From contig OZ242010.1 of NCBI GenBank assembly GCA_965204745.1, positions 320,001-384,000 of the forward strand: 64,000 nucleotides of DNA, in the 5' to 3' direction. The notes beneath the pieces were generated by a model. That model saw only the letters and a list, made by a program, of their open reading frames with translations. It was not told the DNA's origin and made no database searches. How positions within the stretch are numbered: the first letter of the stretch is position 1; each line of letters starts with the position of its first letter. The position numbers and the translations under genes are program-made. Origin of the DNA: Candidatus Latescibacterota bacterium (GTDB taxonomy: Bacteria > Latescibacterota > UBA2968). Below, piece by piece: positions 1 to 9,941 of the stretch.

Positions 1-2
1 TG

Positions 3-3000
3 TACCCCGATAATGCACACTTCATTTATGAACTTCTCCAGAATGCCGAGGATGCCCGAGCGACAGAAGTGCGCTTTATCCTCAAAGAGGATAGCGTCGA
101 ATTTGAACACAATGGAGATCGGCTATTCTCTTTCGCCGATGTGGAGTCTATTACGAGCATTGGCGACAGTACCAAAAGAGAGGACCCAACCAATATCGGC
201 AAGTTTGGCATTGGCTTTAAGGCTGTATTTGCATATACGGCAACGCCCGAAATTGCATCGGGCGAATTTCATTTTCGCATCCGCGATTTGGTCGTCCCCG
301 ATACAGACGGGCTGACTCCTTGCTCCCTTGGCGAAAAAGAAACTCGATTCACTCTCCCTTTCGATAACCCCCAAAAGCCTCCCCAAAAAGCGCGTGCCGA
401 AATAGAGGCAAATCTTCGGCAATTAGACGAAAGCACGTTGCTCTTTCTCAGTAACATCCAAAAAATAAAATATTTGCTACCTGATGAAACCTTGGGTTTT
501 CTCGAGCGAAAAAAAACAGATGAAAGCCGAATTGAAATTCTCGTCCAGCATCCTGAAGATTCAGAGCCTGATTCAGTCTTTTTCCTTCGGTTTAAAAAAG
601 AGGTTAGCGTAAATGACGAGAACGACCAACTCAAGCCGTGTCGAATTGCTGTTGCTTTTGGTTTGGAGAAGACTCAAGCACGCAATTTGGTATCATCCGA
701 CGGATGGAAAATCAAGCGATTAGACCAAGGCCAGGTTTGCATCTACTTCCCTGCTGAAAAGGAAACGTCCAACCTGCGGTTCCATTTGCACGCGCCTTTT
801 GCCTCAACCGTTGCCCGCGATAGTGTGCGCGATTGCCCTGCAAACGATGAATTGCGGGATCACTTGGCGGTTTTGATCGCAGAGTCTATGACGACCATAC
901 GCGATCAGGGATTATTGACCGTAGGATTTCTAGCTGCCTTGCCCAACGCGAGAGATAATCTGTCTCCATTCTACACGCCAATTATGGATAGACTGATTAG
1001 GGCGTTTCAACAAAAAAATCTGACGCCGATGAAACAGGGAGGCCATAAGGCTGCAAATGGTACCTTCAGAGGATCGGCGCGACTGTCCGACCTTATCAGC
1101 GATAACGATTTGGCAACGCTTCTTGGAGGAGCTTACTCTCCGCCACTGTGGATTTCCAATCCGCCACAAAGAAACCAGCGAGAAGATAATTTTCTCTCTA
1201 TGCTGGATATCTCTGAATGGACGATTGAAGACCTTGTAAATGAATTGTCTGCCGATTCTAAAACGATAATGGAATGGATGGCAAAAAAATCTGACGGGTG
1301 GCATCAGAAACTTTATGCGTTACTGGGCGATTTCCTTTCAAATGCTTCATCCGATGACGCAACGGACCAAGAGACGAAATTGAAGCAGCTTCGTATCGTG
1401 CGATGTAGCGACGTCACTTACAAAATAGGACGAGACAGCTACTTCCCAAGTGACGGGGTGGAGCATGATAAAGCTATGCCCCGTATCGCCAAAGGTGTCT
1501 ATTTATCGGGAAATAACAAGCGAGAGAAGGAGAAGGCTCGCAAATTTCTTGCAGATATTGGGGTCCGTGAAGTTGGCGAAGTTGAGCGAGTTGAGGCAAT
1601 TCTGAAACAGCGATACTCGAAAGGTTCTATTAAACCTCGCAAGCAAGACCTAAAAAGATTCATTGATCTCGTAGAAAAGGAACCAAAACAGGCAGAGCTA
1701 TTCAGCGACTATTACATTTTTCATTTAGAAAACGGTAAGTGGGGAAAACCAAGAATAGTCTTTCTAGACTCTCCTTATCTTGCCACCGGTTTAAAGACGT
1801 ACTACAAGATAATTGGCGAAGACCCAGACAGGAAAAGGACACTCTCTCCGAACTATCAGGAGTCTGGTATAGAGCTAGAGAGGTTGGGGAAGTTTGCGAA
1901 GGCAGTAGGTGCTCAGACAAAACTGAATCCTAAAAAACAATGTATCCCACATGACCATCCGGAGTGGGATAAACTAACAGGTTACGATTACGGAGGGTGG
2001 TCTCAGAAGTATGGAAAAAATGAGGACTACGATATGCCAGAGTTCGACAGGCTATTGACCGAACCCAATTTGAGTAAATCTAAACTTATCTGGGATACAA
2101 TGAACCAATTATCTGATGACTGTGACTGTCTTAAAGCTAGTTATAGGTCAAATAGTAGGCATGATACTAAAACTGCTGATTCTACACTTGTCCATAATCT
2201 AAAAGAAAATGAGTGGGTGCCGCAAAAGCAAACAGGTCAAGAGGAATACATCTTTTTATTCCCCATTGATGCTACTGCGGAATTGCTTCCAAAAGGCTTT
2301 TCGTATGAACCTGAATCGGAATGGCTGGAAGCAATTGAGTTTGGAAAAATTAAGCGGGAACTTGAGGCGGAGAAAGAAAAAAAAAGAGAACAAGCGACTC
2401 AAGAGTATCAAAGTAAAAATGCTGCTGCTGAAATGCTCGGTTTTCCTTCCCCTGAAGAAGCTCAAGATATGGCAAAGATATTGGAAGATGACCCAGAGTT
2501 TATTCAACAGTGGAAGGATAAGAAACAGAGGGTCGCGTTTCCGGAAAGCCCAACGCAAGCCCCTGAACGACGACAGAAACGAATTGGCGAACAATACGGC
2601 GATGCTCCCAAAAAGGAATACGAACAGCGAGAAAGAAGCGATCGTACTTCACGCGGGGCTATTGATCCAACACAGCAATTACGAGAGCAGTACACCAACG
2701 AAGACGGTCAAATGATCTGCCAGATATGTGAAGAGGAAATGCCGTTTAAGAAACGCGATGGAGAGTATTACTTTGAGGCGGTGGAGGCTTTGTCAATAGC
2801 CTATCTCCCCAAGGAGCATGAGGTTCAGTTCTTGGCTCTGTGTCCTGTGTGTGCGGCGAGATATAAGGAGTTTGTAAAGAACGACGAAGACGCCATGAGT
2901 AAGTTGCATCGCGCCTTGAAGCAATCAGACGAACTTGAGGTGCCGCTGACATTGGGAGAATGGGAAACGAGCATCCGATTTGTGGAGACCCACCGAATAG

Positions 3001-3032
3001 ATATGAAAACGATTCTACAACAAGAGCAGTGA
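3..3032 (+). CDS. Sacsin-like GHKL ATPase with C-terminal Zn-binding HNH-like domain (5'-truncated by window edge); probable defence protein
   Basis: The frame is open from base 3: YPDNAHFIYELLQNAEDA (GHKL N-box), then HNG, IGKFGIGFKAVF, FHLHAPF. The C-terminus has CQIC...FEAVE...LALCPVC. AT-richer than the core genes. Confidence 0.8.
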   Translation, partial: YPDNAHFIYELLQNAEDARATEVRFILKEDSVEFEHNGDRLFSFADVESITSIGDSTKREDPTNIGKFGIGFKAVFAYTATPEIASGEFHFRIRDLVVPDTDGLTPCSLGEKETRFTLPFDNPQKPPQKARAEIEANLRQLDESTLLFLSNIQKIKYLLPDETLGFLERKKTDESRIEILVQHPEDSEPDSVFFLRFKKEVSVNDENDQLKPCRIAVAFGLEKTQARNLVSSDGWKIKRLDQGQVCIYFPAEKETSNLRFHLHAPFASTVARDSVRDCPANDELRDHLAVLIAESMTTIRDQGLLTVGFLAALPNARDNLSPFYTPIMDRLIRAFQQKNLTPMKQGGHKAANGTFRGSARLSDLISDNDLATLLGGAYSPPLWISNPPQRNQREDNFLSMLDISEWTIEDLVNELSADSKTIMEWMAKKSDGWHQKLYALLGDFLSNASSDDATDQETKLKQLRIVRCSDVTYKIGRDSYFPSDGVEHDKAMPRIAKGVYLSGNNKREKEKARKFLADIGVREVGEVERVEAILKQRYSKGSIKPRKQDLKRFIDLVEKEPKQAELFSDYYIFHLENGKWGKPRIVFLDSPYLATGLKTYYKIIGEDPDRKRTLSPNYQESGIELERLGKFAKAVGAQTKLNPKKQCIPHDHPEWDKLTGYDYGGWSQKYGKNEDYDMPEFDRLLTEPNLSKSKLIWDTMNQLSDDCDCLKASYRSNSRHDTKTADSTLVHNLKENEWVPQKQTGQEEYIFLFPIDATAELLPKGFSYEPESEWLEAIEFGKIKRELEAEKEKKREQATQEYQSKNAAAEMLGFPSPEEAQDMAKILEDDPEFIQQWKDKKQRVAFPESPTQAPERRQKRIGEQYGDAPKKEYEQRERSDRTSRGAIDPTQQLREQYTNEDGQMICQICEEEMPFKKRDGEYYFEAVEALSIAYLPKEHEVQFLALCPVCAARYKEFVKNDEDAMSKLHRALKQSDELEVPLTLGEWETSIRFVETHRIDMKTILQQEQ

Positions 3033-3073
3033 AGCTACGGGCGGCGATATTTGATTGATAGGAGGAAAGCCTT

Positions 3074-3355
3074 ATGGAACAAGCCCTAACCCGTAAGCAA
3101 GCCCTATCACTCGCGCAGGCAGTACCTTTTCTGATCGATTTTCCGGCCTCGCGTTATTGGGTGGATTATGACCGAGAGGCCGATGTGCTCTACATCGGCT
3201 TTGCGCGTCCGCAACAGGCCACGGATACAGACGCGACAGATGATGGCCTCCTGTTGCGCTATCGGGAGAACCAGATCGTGGGCGTGACTGTGTTGGATGC
3301 TTCTAAGCGCGTGTCGATCTCACCCCATTCGGCGGGCGACACAAGGCGGCAATAG
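3074..3355 (+). CDS. DUF2283 domain protein (putative antitoxin)
   Basis: YDREADVLYI...LLRYRENQIVGVTVLDAS motif; AGGAGG RBS upstream. Confidence 0.8.
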   Translation: MEQALTRKQALSLAQAVPFLIDFPASRYWVDYDREADVLYIGFARPQQATDTDATDDGLLLRYRENQIVGVTVLDASKRVSISPHSAGDTRRQ

Positions 3356-3380
3356 GCGCGGTGGTCGCCTCGGCGAATAG
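3324..3380. repeat. ~57-bp imperfect palindromic repeat, copy 1
   Basis: CCCATTCGGCGGGCGACACAAGGCGGCAATAGGCGCGGTGGTCGCCTCGGCGAATAG; near-identical direct copy at 4548-4604; arms ATTCG..GGCGAC / GTCGCC..CGAAT. Confidence 0.85.
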
Positions 3381-3448
3381 GCGAACAATGGATTGTTCAC
3401 AGCGGGCAATTCTACGACAAATGATTTAGAAATCTACGGAGGCACGCG

Positions 3449-3799
3449 ATGACGCGGGAACGAGATGAAATAGTCAAAACCATTGTCCGCGAGACCCTTG
3501 CGGAACGCTTTACAGCCGACGAGTTTGTGTTCGACCCCATTCAAGTGGTTCCGGTTGTCGATGAATTTGGCGATGGCGACGGAAAAGAGTACCTCCGCAT
3601 TGTCATTGTTTTCGCTGGCGATCAGAAACTGCTCGACCCCGCTTGGACTTCTGGTTTCATCAGGCGCATTGAGCCGAAGTTGATTGAGACGGGCATAGAA
3701 GAATTTCCCAGCCCGTCATTCGTCGAGAAGTCCGAGTGGTCGCGCTTGTGTCGCAAGTGGCAACGGCATCACCCGGAGGCCAGTGTTGAAACCACTTGA
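3449..3799 (+). CDS. Small acidic protein upstream of HEPN gene (putative MNT-like antitoxin)
   Basis: 116 aa, GGAGG RBS, overlaps the HEPN gene; no canonical GS..DxD motif. Confidence 0.6.
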   Translation: MTRERDEIVKTIVRETLAERFTADEFVFDPIQVVPVVDEFGDGDGKEYLRIVIVFAGDQKLLDPAWTSGFIRRIEPKLIETGIEEFPSPSFVEKSEWSRLCRKWQRHHPEASVETT

Positions 3800-4277
3800 T
3801 TTTATTGCAACCGCTCGGGATTTGGCCGGTGCAACCAACAGGGGGCGGCCGAGGGAGACAAACCTCAGACGTGCTGTCAGTACGACTTACTACGCGCTGT
3901 TCCACTGTTTGGCAACCTCTTGTGCCGATATGATCGTCGGCGGTACCAGGTCAAACCGCAGTCAACCGGCGTGGCGTCAGGCTTACCGGGCATTGCAACA
4001 TGGACATGCACGACAGCGTTGCGAACGCCCGAACATCATCGCAAAATTTCCAGACGAGATTCAGGATTTCGCAAAACTATTCGTCGATATGCAGAAAAAA
4101 CGGCATAGTGCTGATTACGACCCCGATGCAACGTATTCTCCAGTGATGGTTTTTTCCAAATCCAACATCATTCAAGACATCTTTGCTGCTGAAAATGTCA
4201 TCCATCGCTTTTCCAAAACACCTCTCAGAGACCGGCGTGCCTTCGCTGTCTACATCCTGCTAGACAGGCGAGACTAG
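3783..4277 (+). CDS. HEPN domain protein (putative toxin/RNase)
   Basis: LRRAVSTTYYALFH and KKRHSADYD motifs typical of HEPN proteins. Confidence 0.7.
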   Translation: MLKPLDFIATARDLAGATNRGRPRETNLRRAVSTTYYALFHCLATSCADMIVGGTRSNRSQPAWRQAYRALQHGHARQRCERPNIIAKFPDEIQDFAKLFVDMQKKRHSADYDPDATYSPVMVFSKSNIIQDIFAAENVIHRFSKTPLRDRRAFAVYILLDRRD

Positions 4278-4351
4278 GTTGTGTTGACATTTACAAGTAA
4301 CGCAACTTGAACGAAAATTGATGGCACAAGAACTAATGGGAGTATTTGAAG

Positions 4352-4501
4352 ATGTCTGACGAAATCATCATGGAACTCTGGCGGATCAAAGATCGCATCG
4401 CACGGGAACATGGGTATGATATCGATGCCCTTGTTGCCCATCTCCAAGCCAAAAATCGGGCGGAAGGTCGGCAAGTTGTGGATCTGCGCGCTATGAAATA
4501 G
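4352..4501 (+). CDS. Small putative antitoxin (49 aa, MSDEIIMELWRIKDRIAREHGYDIDALVAHLQ...), of a type found downstream of PIN toxins
   Basis: Translated by hand (below the ORF-track cutoff); overlaps the short remnant QELMGVFEDV*, which resembles a PIN-toxin C-terminus. Confidence 0.55.
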   Translation: MSDEIIMELWRIKDRIAREHGYDIDALVAHLQAKNRAEGRQVVDLRAMK

Positions 4502-4547
4502 GCTGCTAAACAAGGTGTTGAACTGATGGCGCAAGTGCCAACGTGAA

Positions 4548-4604
4548 CCCATTCGGCGGGCGACACAAGGCGGCAATAGGCGCGGTTGTCGCCTTGGCGA
4601 ACAG
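4548..4604. repeat. ~57-bp imperfect palindromic repeat, copy 2
   Basis: Direct repeat of 3324-3380 with about 3 substitutions. Confidence 0.85.
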
Positions 4605-4629
4605 ATAGCATAAAAAGGAGAAATCATCT

Positions 4630-5523
4630 ATGTCTCGCACCGTATTTGAGCGGGCAGAGGAATTTATTTGGAACAATGCGCGGTTGCTCGAGCGGCAGCG
4701 ATTTGCCTATCATTTCAAGGGTGGATCGCGCGAGGCCGTGATCGCGGCACTTCGCGCCTATCAAAACGCGGATGGCGGATTCGGGCACGCGCTCGAGCCG
4801 GATATTCGCTGCCCGCAAAGCCAACCCGTGCCCGTGCAACACGCCCTCGAGTTTCTCGACGACACGGGATTCGACGCCGAAATGGTGCAACGCGCCTGCG
4901 ATTATCTGATGACCATAACCACACCCGAAGGCGGTGTGCCGTGGCTGTTGCCCTCGGCGCATCAATATCCCCGTGCATCGTGGTGGAACGCGGTTGACGA
5001 CCTGCCCGCGTCCCTCAATCCAACCGCGGCCATTGCCGGCGTCTTGCACAAAAATCAGGTGCAACACCCGTGGCTGGCGCCGGCCACGGCGTACTGCTGG
5101 TCGCAAATCGACAGCCTGCAAGCCGAAGAGATGCATGAGATGGGCGCGGTGCTGGCCTTTCTCTACGATGCCCCGGACCGAGAACGCGCAGAACGCGAAC
5201 TCGACCGTTTGGTCAGCGCGATGTTCGCCACTGGACTGGTGGCAGATGCACGGGCCGCGGGCTATGTCCGCAAACCCCTCGACTGGGCGCCCACGCCCGC
5301 CCATCCGCTTCGCAAGCACTTTCGAGAAGCGGATATCGCGGCCAATTTGGACGCGCTGATCGCAGATCAACAAGCCGACGGCGGATGGCCCATCACTTGG
5401 CGAGCCGCGAGCCAAAGTTGCGAACTCGAATGGCGCGGCTGGGTCACGTTGGGCGCGCTACTCACGCTTCGGGCAAATGGGAGGTACTCTCCGTCCCCGG
5501 TCATAAGTGAGATGGAAGTTTAG
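4630..5523 (+). CDS. Prenyltransferase/squalene-oxidase-repeat (alpha/alpha toroid) protein of unknown function
   Basis: QW-like repeats [15 protein letters not shown] and QQADGGW; AAGGAG RBS. Confidence 0.7.
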   Translation: MSRTVFERAEEFIWNNARLLERQRFAYHFKGGSREAVIAALRAYQNADGGFGHALEPDIRCPQSQPVPVQHALEFLDDTGFDAEMVQRACDYLMTITTPEGGVPWLLPSAHQYPRASWWNAVDDLPASLNPTAAIAGVLHKNQVQHPWLAPATAYCWSQIDSLQAEEMHEMGAVLAFLYDAPDRERAERELDRLVSAMFATGLVADARAAGYVRKPLDWAPTPAHPLRKHFREADIAANLDALIADQQADGGWPITWRAASQSCELEWRGWVTLGALLTLRANGRYSPSPVISEMEV

Positions 5524-5612
5524 CCACGAGCGGGGTACAACTGGCGACAGCCAGTTCAAAGGCACAAAAGGGGAGAGGCAAGAGGGGTACATGGCGACAG
5601 CCAGTTCAAAGG
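5523..5612. repeat. Dispersed intergenic repeat family B (CACGAGCGGGGTACAACTGGCGACAGCCAGTTCAAAGGCACAAAAGG)
   Basis: Further copies at ~15794-15843, ~25315-25390 (reverse), ~57553-57658 (twice), ~62645-62758 (reverse); internal hairpin AACTGGC..GCCAGTT. Confidence 0.85.
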
Positions 5613-5701
5613 CGAGCCGTGAGTGTAGGTCTTCTCCCCTCTTGCCTCTCACCTCTCACCTTTTTAGGCGATGCCCCCGTGCTCGCCCAAAGATACAAGA
5701 T

Positions 5702-5741
5702 GCAGTTGTCAGTTGTCAGCGGTCAGTTGTCAGTCCCCGCC
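5702..5741. repeat. Heptamer tandem repeat family A: GGCGGGG(ACTGACA/ACTGACC)n
   Basis: Arrays also at ~8008-8046, 14161-14196, 14760-14784, 19722-19767, 27661-27715, 46894-46922, 50403-50442, 50603-50620, 62859-62897. Confidence 0.9.
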
Positions 5742-5839
5742 TCCACCCTACCGTCATTCGTTATCCTGGCGAACGCGCAAGCACAATGGCGGGAATCCAG
5801 TGGCTTTTGTCTTTTTGCCCGCAGAAGAGGAAAATAACC

Positions 5840-7513
5840 ATGTCTGAAAACGCGCCGACGGATTTTATTCGGGAAATTGTCCGCAAGGACATAAAAGCCG
5901 GCAAGCACGACCGCATTGTGACGCGGTTTCCGCCCGAGCCAAATGGCTATTTGCACATCGGGCATGCCAAGGCGTTTTGTCTGAACTTTGGGCTGGCCGA
6001 GGAATTTGGCGGGCAGTGCAACCTGCGGTTTGACGATACCAATCCAGACCGGGAAGACACCGAGTACGTCCATTCCATCTGCGAGGATTTGAAGTGGATG
6101 GGCTTTGATTGGGGCGACGGGTTGCACTTTGCATCGGATTATTTCGATCAACTCTACGACTACGCCGTGGAACTCATCCAGCAGGGCAAGGCGTATGTCT
6201 GCGATTTGAGCACGCAGGAAATCCGCGCCTATCGCGGCACGGTGACCGCGCCGGGCGAGAACAGCCCGTATCGCAATCGATCCGCGTCGGAAAATCTCGC
6301 CCTGTTCGAGCAGATGAAAAACGGCGCGTTTCCCGAAGGCGCGTGTACCTTGCGCGCAAAGGCGGATATGGCGTCGCCAAATATGAACATGCGCGATCCG
6401 GTGATGTATCGCATCAAACACACGCCGCACCACCGCACGGGCACCAAGTGGTGCATCTATCCCATGTACGATTGGGCGCACGGGCAGTCCGACGCCATCG
6501 AGCGGGTCACGCATTCCCTGTGCAGCATCGAGTTTGCAGAACACCGCCCCCTGTACGATTGGTACATCCAGCAGTTGGAGATTTTCCCGTCTCGGCAAAT
6601 CGAATTTGCCCGCCTGAACATCACCTATACCCTGACGAGCAAGCGGCTGTTGACTCAACTCGTGGATCGCGGCCTCGTCACCGGTTGGGACGACCCGCGC
6701 ATGCCCACGCTTTCCGGCATGAGACGGCGCGGGATACCGCCGCAGGCCATTGAGAATTTCATCTGGCGCGTGGGGATGAACCGGCGGGACACCACCGCGG
6801 AAATCGACTTGTTCGAGTTTTACATCCGCGAACATCTAAACGAGGTCGCGCCCCGGGTGATGGGCGTGATCGATCCCCTAAAAGTGGTCATTGAAAACTA
6901 TCCCGAAGGGGCGGAAGAGACCTTTGAGGCGATGGTCAATCCCGAAGATCCGGATGCGGGTACGCGCGCTGTGCCGTTTTCCCGGGAAGTGTACATCGAA
7001 CGCGAGGATTTTATGGAAGACCCGCCGCGCAAATTTTATCGCCTGGCCCCCGGGCGCGAGGTGCGGTTGCGCGCGGCGTGTTATATCACTTGCCGGGACG
7101 TGGTGAAGGACGAAGCCGGGCGGGTGGTTGAACTGCGGTGTACGTGGGATCCCGAGAGCCGGGGCGGGACGACGCCGGATAAGCGCAGGGTGCGCTCGAC
7201 CCTGCACTGGGTATCGGTCAAACACGCCATTGAAGCCGAGGTGCGTTTGTTCGACCGGTTGTTCCTCGCCGAGAATCCGGCCAAGACCGAAGATGGGCAG
7301 GACTTTACCGCCAATCTCAATCCCGATTCCTTAGAGGTGCGGCCCGCGTGTTATGTGGAGCCGAGCATGAAAGGCGCGCAAGTTGGGCATGTGGTTCAGT
7401 TTGAGCGGTTGGGCTATTTCTGCGTGGATGCGGATTCATCTGCCGAGAAGTTGGTGTTGAACCGCACCATCACCCTGCGCGATACGTGGGCGCGAATGAA
7501 AGGCAAAAAGTAG
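5840..7513 (+). CDS. glnS: Glutamine--tRNA ligase
   Basis: [15 protein letters not shown] (HIGH motif), [17 protein letters not shown]; start moved to [11 protein letters not shown], since the upstream extension is repeat DNA. Confidence 0.97.
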   Translation: MSENAPTDFIREIVRKDIKAGKHDRIVTRFPPEPNGYLHIGHAKAFCLNFGLAEEFGGQCNLRFDDTNPDREDTEYVHSICEDLKWMGFDWGDGLHFASDYFDQLYDYAVELIQQGKAYVCDLSTQEIRAYRGTVTAPGENSPYRNRSASENLALFEQMKNGAFPEGACTLRAKADMASPNMNMRDPVMYRIKHTPHHRTGTKWCIYPMYDWAHGQSDAIERVTHSLCSIEFAEHRPLYDWYIQQLEIFPSRQIEFARLNITYTLTSKRLLTQLVDRGLVTGWDDPRMPTLSGMRRRGIPPQAIENFIWRVGMNRRDTTAEIDLFEFYIREHLNEVAPRVMGVIDPLKVVIENYPEGAEETFEAMVNPEDPDAGTRAVPFSREVYIEREDFMEDPPRKFYRLAPGREVRLRAACYITCRDVVKDEAGRVVELRCTWDPESRGGTTPDKRRVRSTLHWVSVKHAIEAEVRLFDRLFLAENPAKTEDGQDFTANLNPDSLEVRPACYVEPSMKGAQVGHVVQFERLGYFCVDADSSAEKLVLNRTITLRDTWARMKGKK

Positions 7514-7559
7514 GTTGCACATGAGCGAACAAAAATATATATTTACTCCCGACAATGAA

Positions 7560-7633
7560 TGCCCCTTCGTCTAATGGCAAGACACTGGATTTTGGTTCCA
7601 GGTATCGGGGTTCGAATCCCTGAGGGGCAACCA
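7560..7633 (+). tRNA. tRNA-Gln(TTG)
   Basis: TGCCCCT acceptor stem, anticodon arm CTGGA-TTTTGGT-TCCAG, GTTCGAATC T-loop, encoded CCA. Confidence 0.97.
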
Positions 7634-7639
7634 AAAAAG

Positions 7640-7676
7640 AAAGTGCCCGTGCGGTTTTATGCACGGGCACTTTTTT
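7640..7676 (+). terminator. Rho-independent terminator (possibly bidirectional)
   Basis: AAGTGCCCGTGC...GCACGGGCACTT hairpin with T-run after and A-run before. Confidence 0.85.
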
Positions 7677-7797
7677 GTGCATTCCCATTTTTTAGTCACA
7701 AAAGGGGAAATCGAAATGGCATTTTTAAGAGGTTACGTATGCGTAACGCAAAAAAATAAAGGGTTGCGAGTTAAAACTCACAACCCCTTGTTCGTAT

Positions 7798-7874
7798 TGG
7801 TCGGGGCGAAGGGATTTGAACCCCCGGCCCCCTGCTCCCAAAGCAGGTGCTCTACCGGACTGAGCCACGCCCCG
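7798..7874 (-). tRNA. tRNA-Pro(TGG)
   Basis: Reverse complement CGGGGCGTGGCTCAGTCCGGTAGAGCACCTGCTTTGGGAGCAGG...GTTCAAATCC...CCA. Confidence 0.97.
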
Positions 7875-7975
7875 TTTCTGATGGCTAAAAGTACGGGATT
7901 CGAGAGAGAATGTCAATAATAAAGAAGTGAACGGCCTTAAAAATTAGCCCGTTGTACCCATCCTCAGACCCATTC

Positions 7976-8100
7976 ATCTGCGAAGTGCGTCGGGTTTTGG
8001 GGCTGTTGGGCGGGGACTGACCACTGACTACTGACCACTGACCACTTGGTGGTCGTATTGGACGGGATGACTTGCTGCGCTGTGTTGTGGGCTACGCCCG
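7976..8100. repeat. ~125-bp composite dispersed repeat, copy 1 (contains a heptamer array)
   Basis: Diverged copy at 14126-14250; its 5' part also occurs at ~25207-25242. Confidence 0.8.
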
Positions 8101-8148
8101 CACGTCCATGAACTGGCCTGAAAAACGACCAGTTGTACCCCGTTCCGT

Positions 8149-9165
8149 CTATCCCGTCCATTCTGCCGGATCGATATCCATCCACTTGGAATCGACCTCA
8201 CCCCACTTATTGGGCGCCGTGTCGATTTCGTATTTTGCAAACACCCGATCTATGGCCCGCTTTGTATCCGCGTCCAAGGTCCATCCCAGCGCGCCCATGT
8301 TGTCTTCGACTTCTTCCGGCTTGCGCGCGCCCACTAGCGCGGTGCTCACCGCCGGTTGCGACAACACCCAATTCAGCGCGACGTGCGGCAGGTTTTTGCC
8401 CAGGCCCACGGCGATTTCCTTCAGTTCGTTCACGGCGCGGACATTGCGCTGAAACACGCCCGGCTCAAACAGGCGCAAGGTCGTGTTGCTACCGCCTCGG
8501 CGCCGCCAGTCATTGTCTTCAAAAACCGTGTCTTCTGTGAATGCGCCCGCGAGCAGGCCATAGGCCAACGACCCATACGTCATCACCCCGACGTTGTTGG
8601 CTCGCGCGTAGGGAAACGTCCATCTGATGTGCCGGCGGTCAAACAAATTGCAGCCGTATTGCAACACATCCACGCGCCGCGCATCCATGCACCGCGCAAT
8701 TTCCGGGGGTGTAAAATTCGACAGGCCCACAAACCGCGCCTTCCCGGCTTGGACGAGTTCGTCCAACGCGCCCATCGTCTCTTCAAAGGGCGTGTCGCGG
8801 TCGGGCCAATGCACGAGATACACATCCACGTAATCCGTGTTCAGCATTTCCAAACTCTGCTCAATCGCCCGGTGGACCATCTCTTTGCTGCTGTCTCGGC
8901 CGCGTTCGTACCCAATGCCGAATTTCGTAACCAAAATGACGTCGTCGCGCCTAGGCCCCAATGCGCGTGCGAGCAAGCGTTCAGACGCGCCTTTGCCATA
9001 CCCCTGCGCCGTGTCAAAACAATTGATGCCCAAGTCAATGGCGCGATTGACCGCCGCCACGACCTCGGCATCGTCAAATGAGCCATACCCGCCGCCCAAT
9101 TCCCAGCATCCAAACCCAATGGCCGAAACCTTCAATCCGGTCTGTCCAAATTCGCGGTATTCCAC
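8149..9165 (-). CDS. Aldo/keto reductase
   Basis: IGFGCW, FDTAQGYG, TKFG, YLVHWPD, GLSNF; GTG start with GGAGG RBS. Confidence 0.93.
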   Translation of the reverse strand: MEYREFGQTGLKVSAIGFGCWELGGGYGSFDDAEVVAAVNRAIDLGINCFDTAQGYGKGASERLLARALGPRRDDVILVTKFGIGYERGRDSSKEMVHRAIEQSLEMLNTDYVDVYLVHWPDRDTPFEETMGALDELVQAGKARFVGLSNFTPPEIARCMDARRVDVLQYGCNLFDRRHIRWTFPYARANNVGVMTYGSLAYGLLAGAFTEDTVFEDNDWRRRGGSNTTLRLFEPGVFQRNVRAVNELKEIAVGLGKNLPHVALNWVLSQPAVSTALVGARKPEEVEDNMGALGWTLDADTKRAIDRVFAKYEIDTAPNKWGEVDSKWMDIDPAEWTG

Positions 9166-9432
9166 AATACCCTCCTTCGGTTGTCTGGGCGCGAAATCTC
9201 GCGCCGTGCAATACGGGTAATTTTTCAACGGCAGATCGACCCGCACGCCGCCTTTTACGCCCCTCCAATCCACAATCCCATTTTCCAAACGACCCCTCGT
9301 AGTATGCTATGAACCCGCGGATAACACAATCACAATTTCAACGCCCGCGGTACGCCTGACCTTTGCGGCATCATCAAAGTTTTGGTATATTGACCCAAAA
9401 GTATTGGAGAAATCCCCGAGGAGATCGGCAAA

Positions 9433-9693
9433 ATGAAACTGTACAAACTGCCCTTTGTCATGCACGCACCCAGCACTGAAACCGAAGACAAATTTATGGC
9501 CGAGATACCCGCCCTTCCTGGATGCAGGGCATGGGGGGACACGGCTACCCAAACGCTGGAAAACCTCCAAAGCACCGCCGCCTTCATCGAATCCTACGCA
9601 GACATGGGAGACGACCTGCCGTTGGAAGTTGAAGCGACATCGATTGAAATCACGAAAAATTTTGTTCTCAATGAGGTTTTGGTTACGGTTTGA
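9433..9693 (+). CDS. hicB: HicB-family antitoxin
   Basis: FMAEIPALPGCRAWGDT...LENL motif. Confidence 0.85.
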   Translation: MKLYKLPFVMHAPSTETEDKFMAEIPALPGCRAWGDTATQTLENLQSTAAFIESYADMGDDLPLEVEATSIEITKNFVLNEVLVTV

Positions 9694-9889
9694 ACTACCG
9701 AACACTCACACATAGGTTGCGGCGTCTGGGTTGCGAATTTGATCGCCAAGCTAGAGGTGACTATGGATTAATGCCAAGACGCACGCCAGAACGACGATTC
9801 CCAACTGGGGTAGCCGGGACTTGAAAACGGGAACTATCAGAGCCATCCTGCGGGATTTGGGCATATCCAGAAATGCGTTCTTTGGCTAA
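9690..9889 (+). pseudogene. hicA: HicA-family toxin, frameshifted
   Basis: LNYRTLTHRLRRLGCEFDRQARGD, then a frame change to WINAKTHARTTIPNWGSRDLKTGTIRAILRDLGI; 200 nt; the expected G(S/D)H catalytic His is missing at the break. Confidence 0.8.
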
Positions 9890-9941
9890 TCGACGAATGG
9901 GCAAAAAAGAAAACGACCACGACTGACCGCTCTCCCGCCTT

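Noticed and set aside
3324-4604. Classical integron attC sites
   Set aside because: No RYYYAAC/GTTRRRY boxes and no integrase in the window; kept only as an unexplained palindromic repeat.
5507-5839. 111-aa N-terminal extension of GlnRS in the ORF track
   Set aside because: It consists of intergenic repeat families; the real start is ATG 5840 after a GAGG RBS.
7560-7874. tRNA-anchored prophage or integrative element
   Set aside because: No integrase and no duplicated tRNA 3' end seen in the window.
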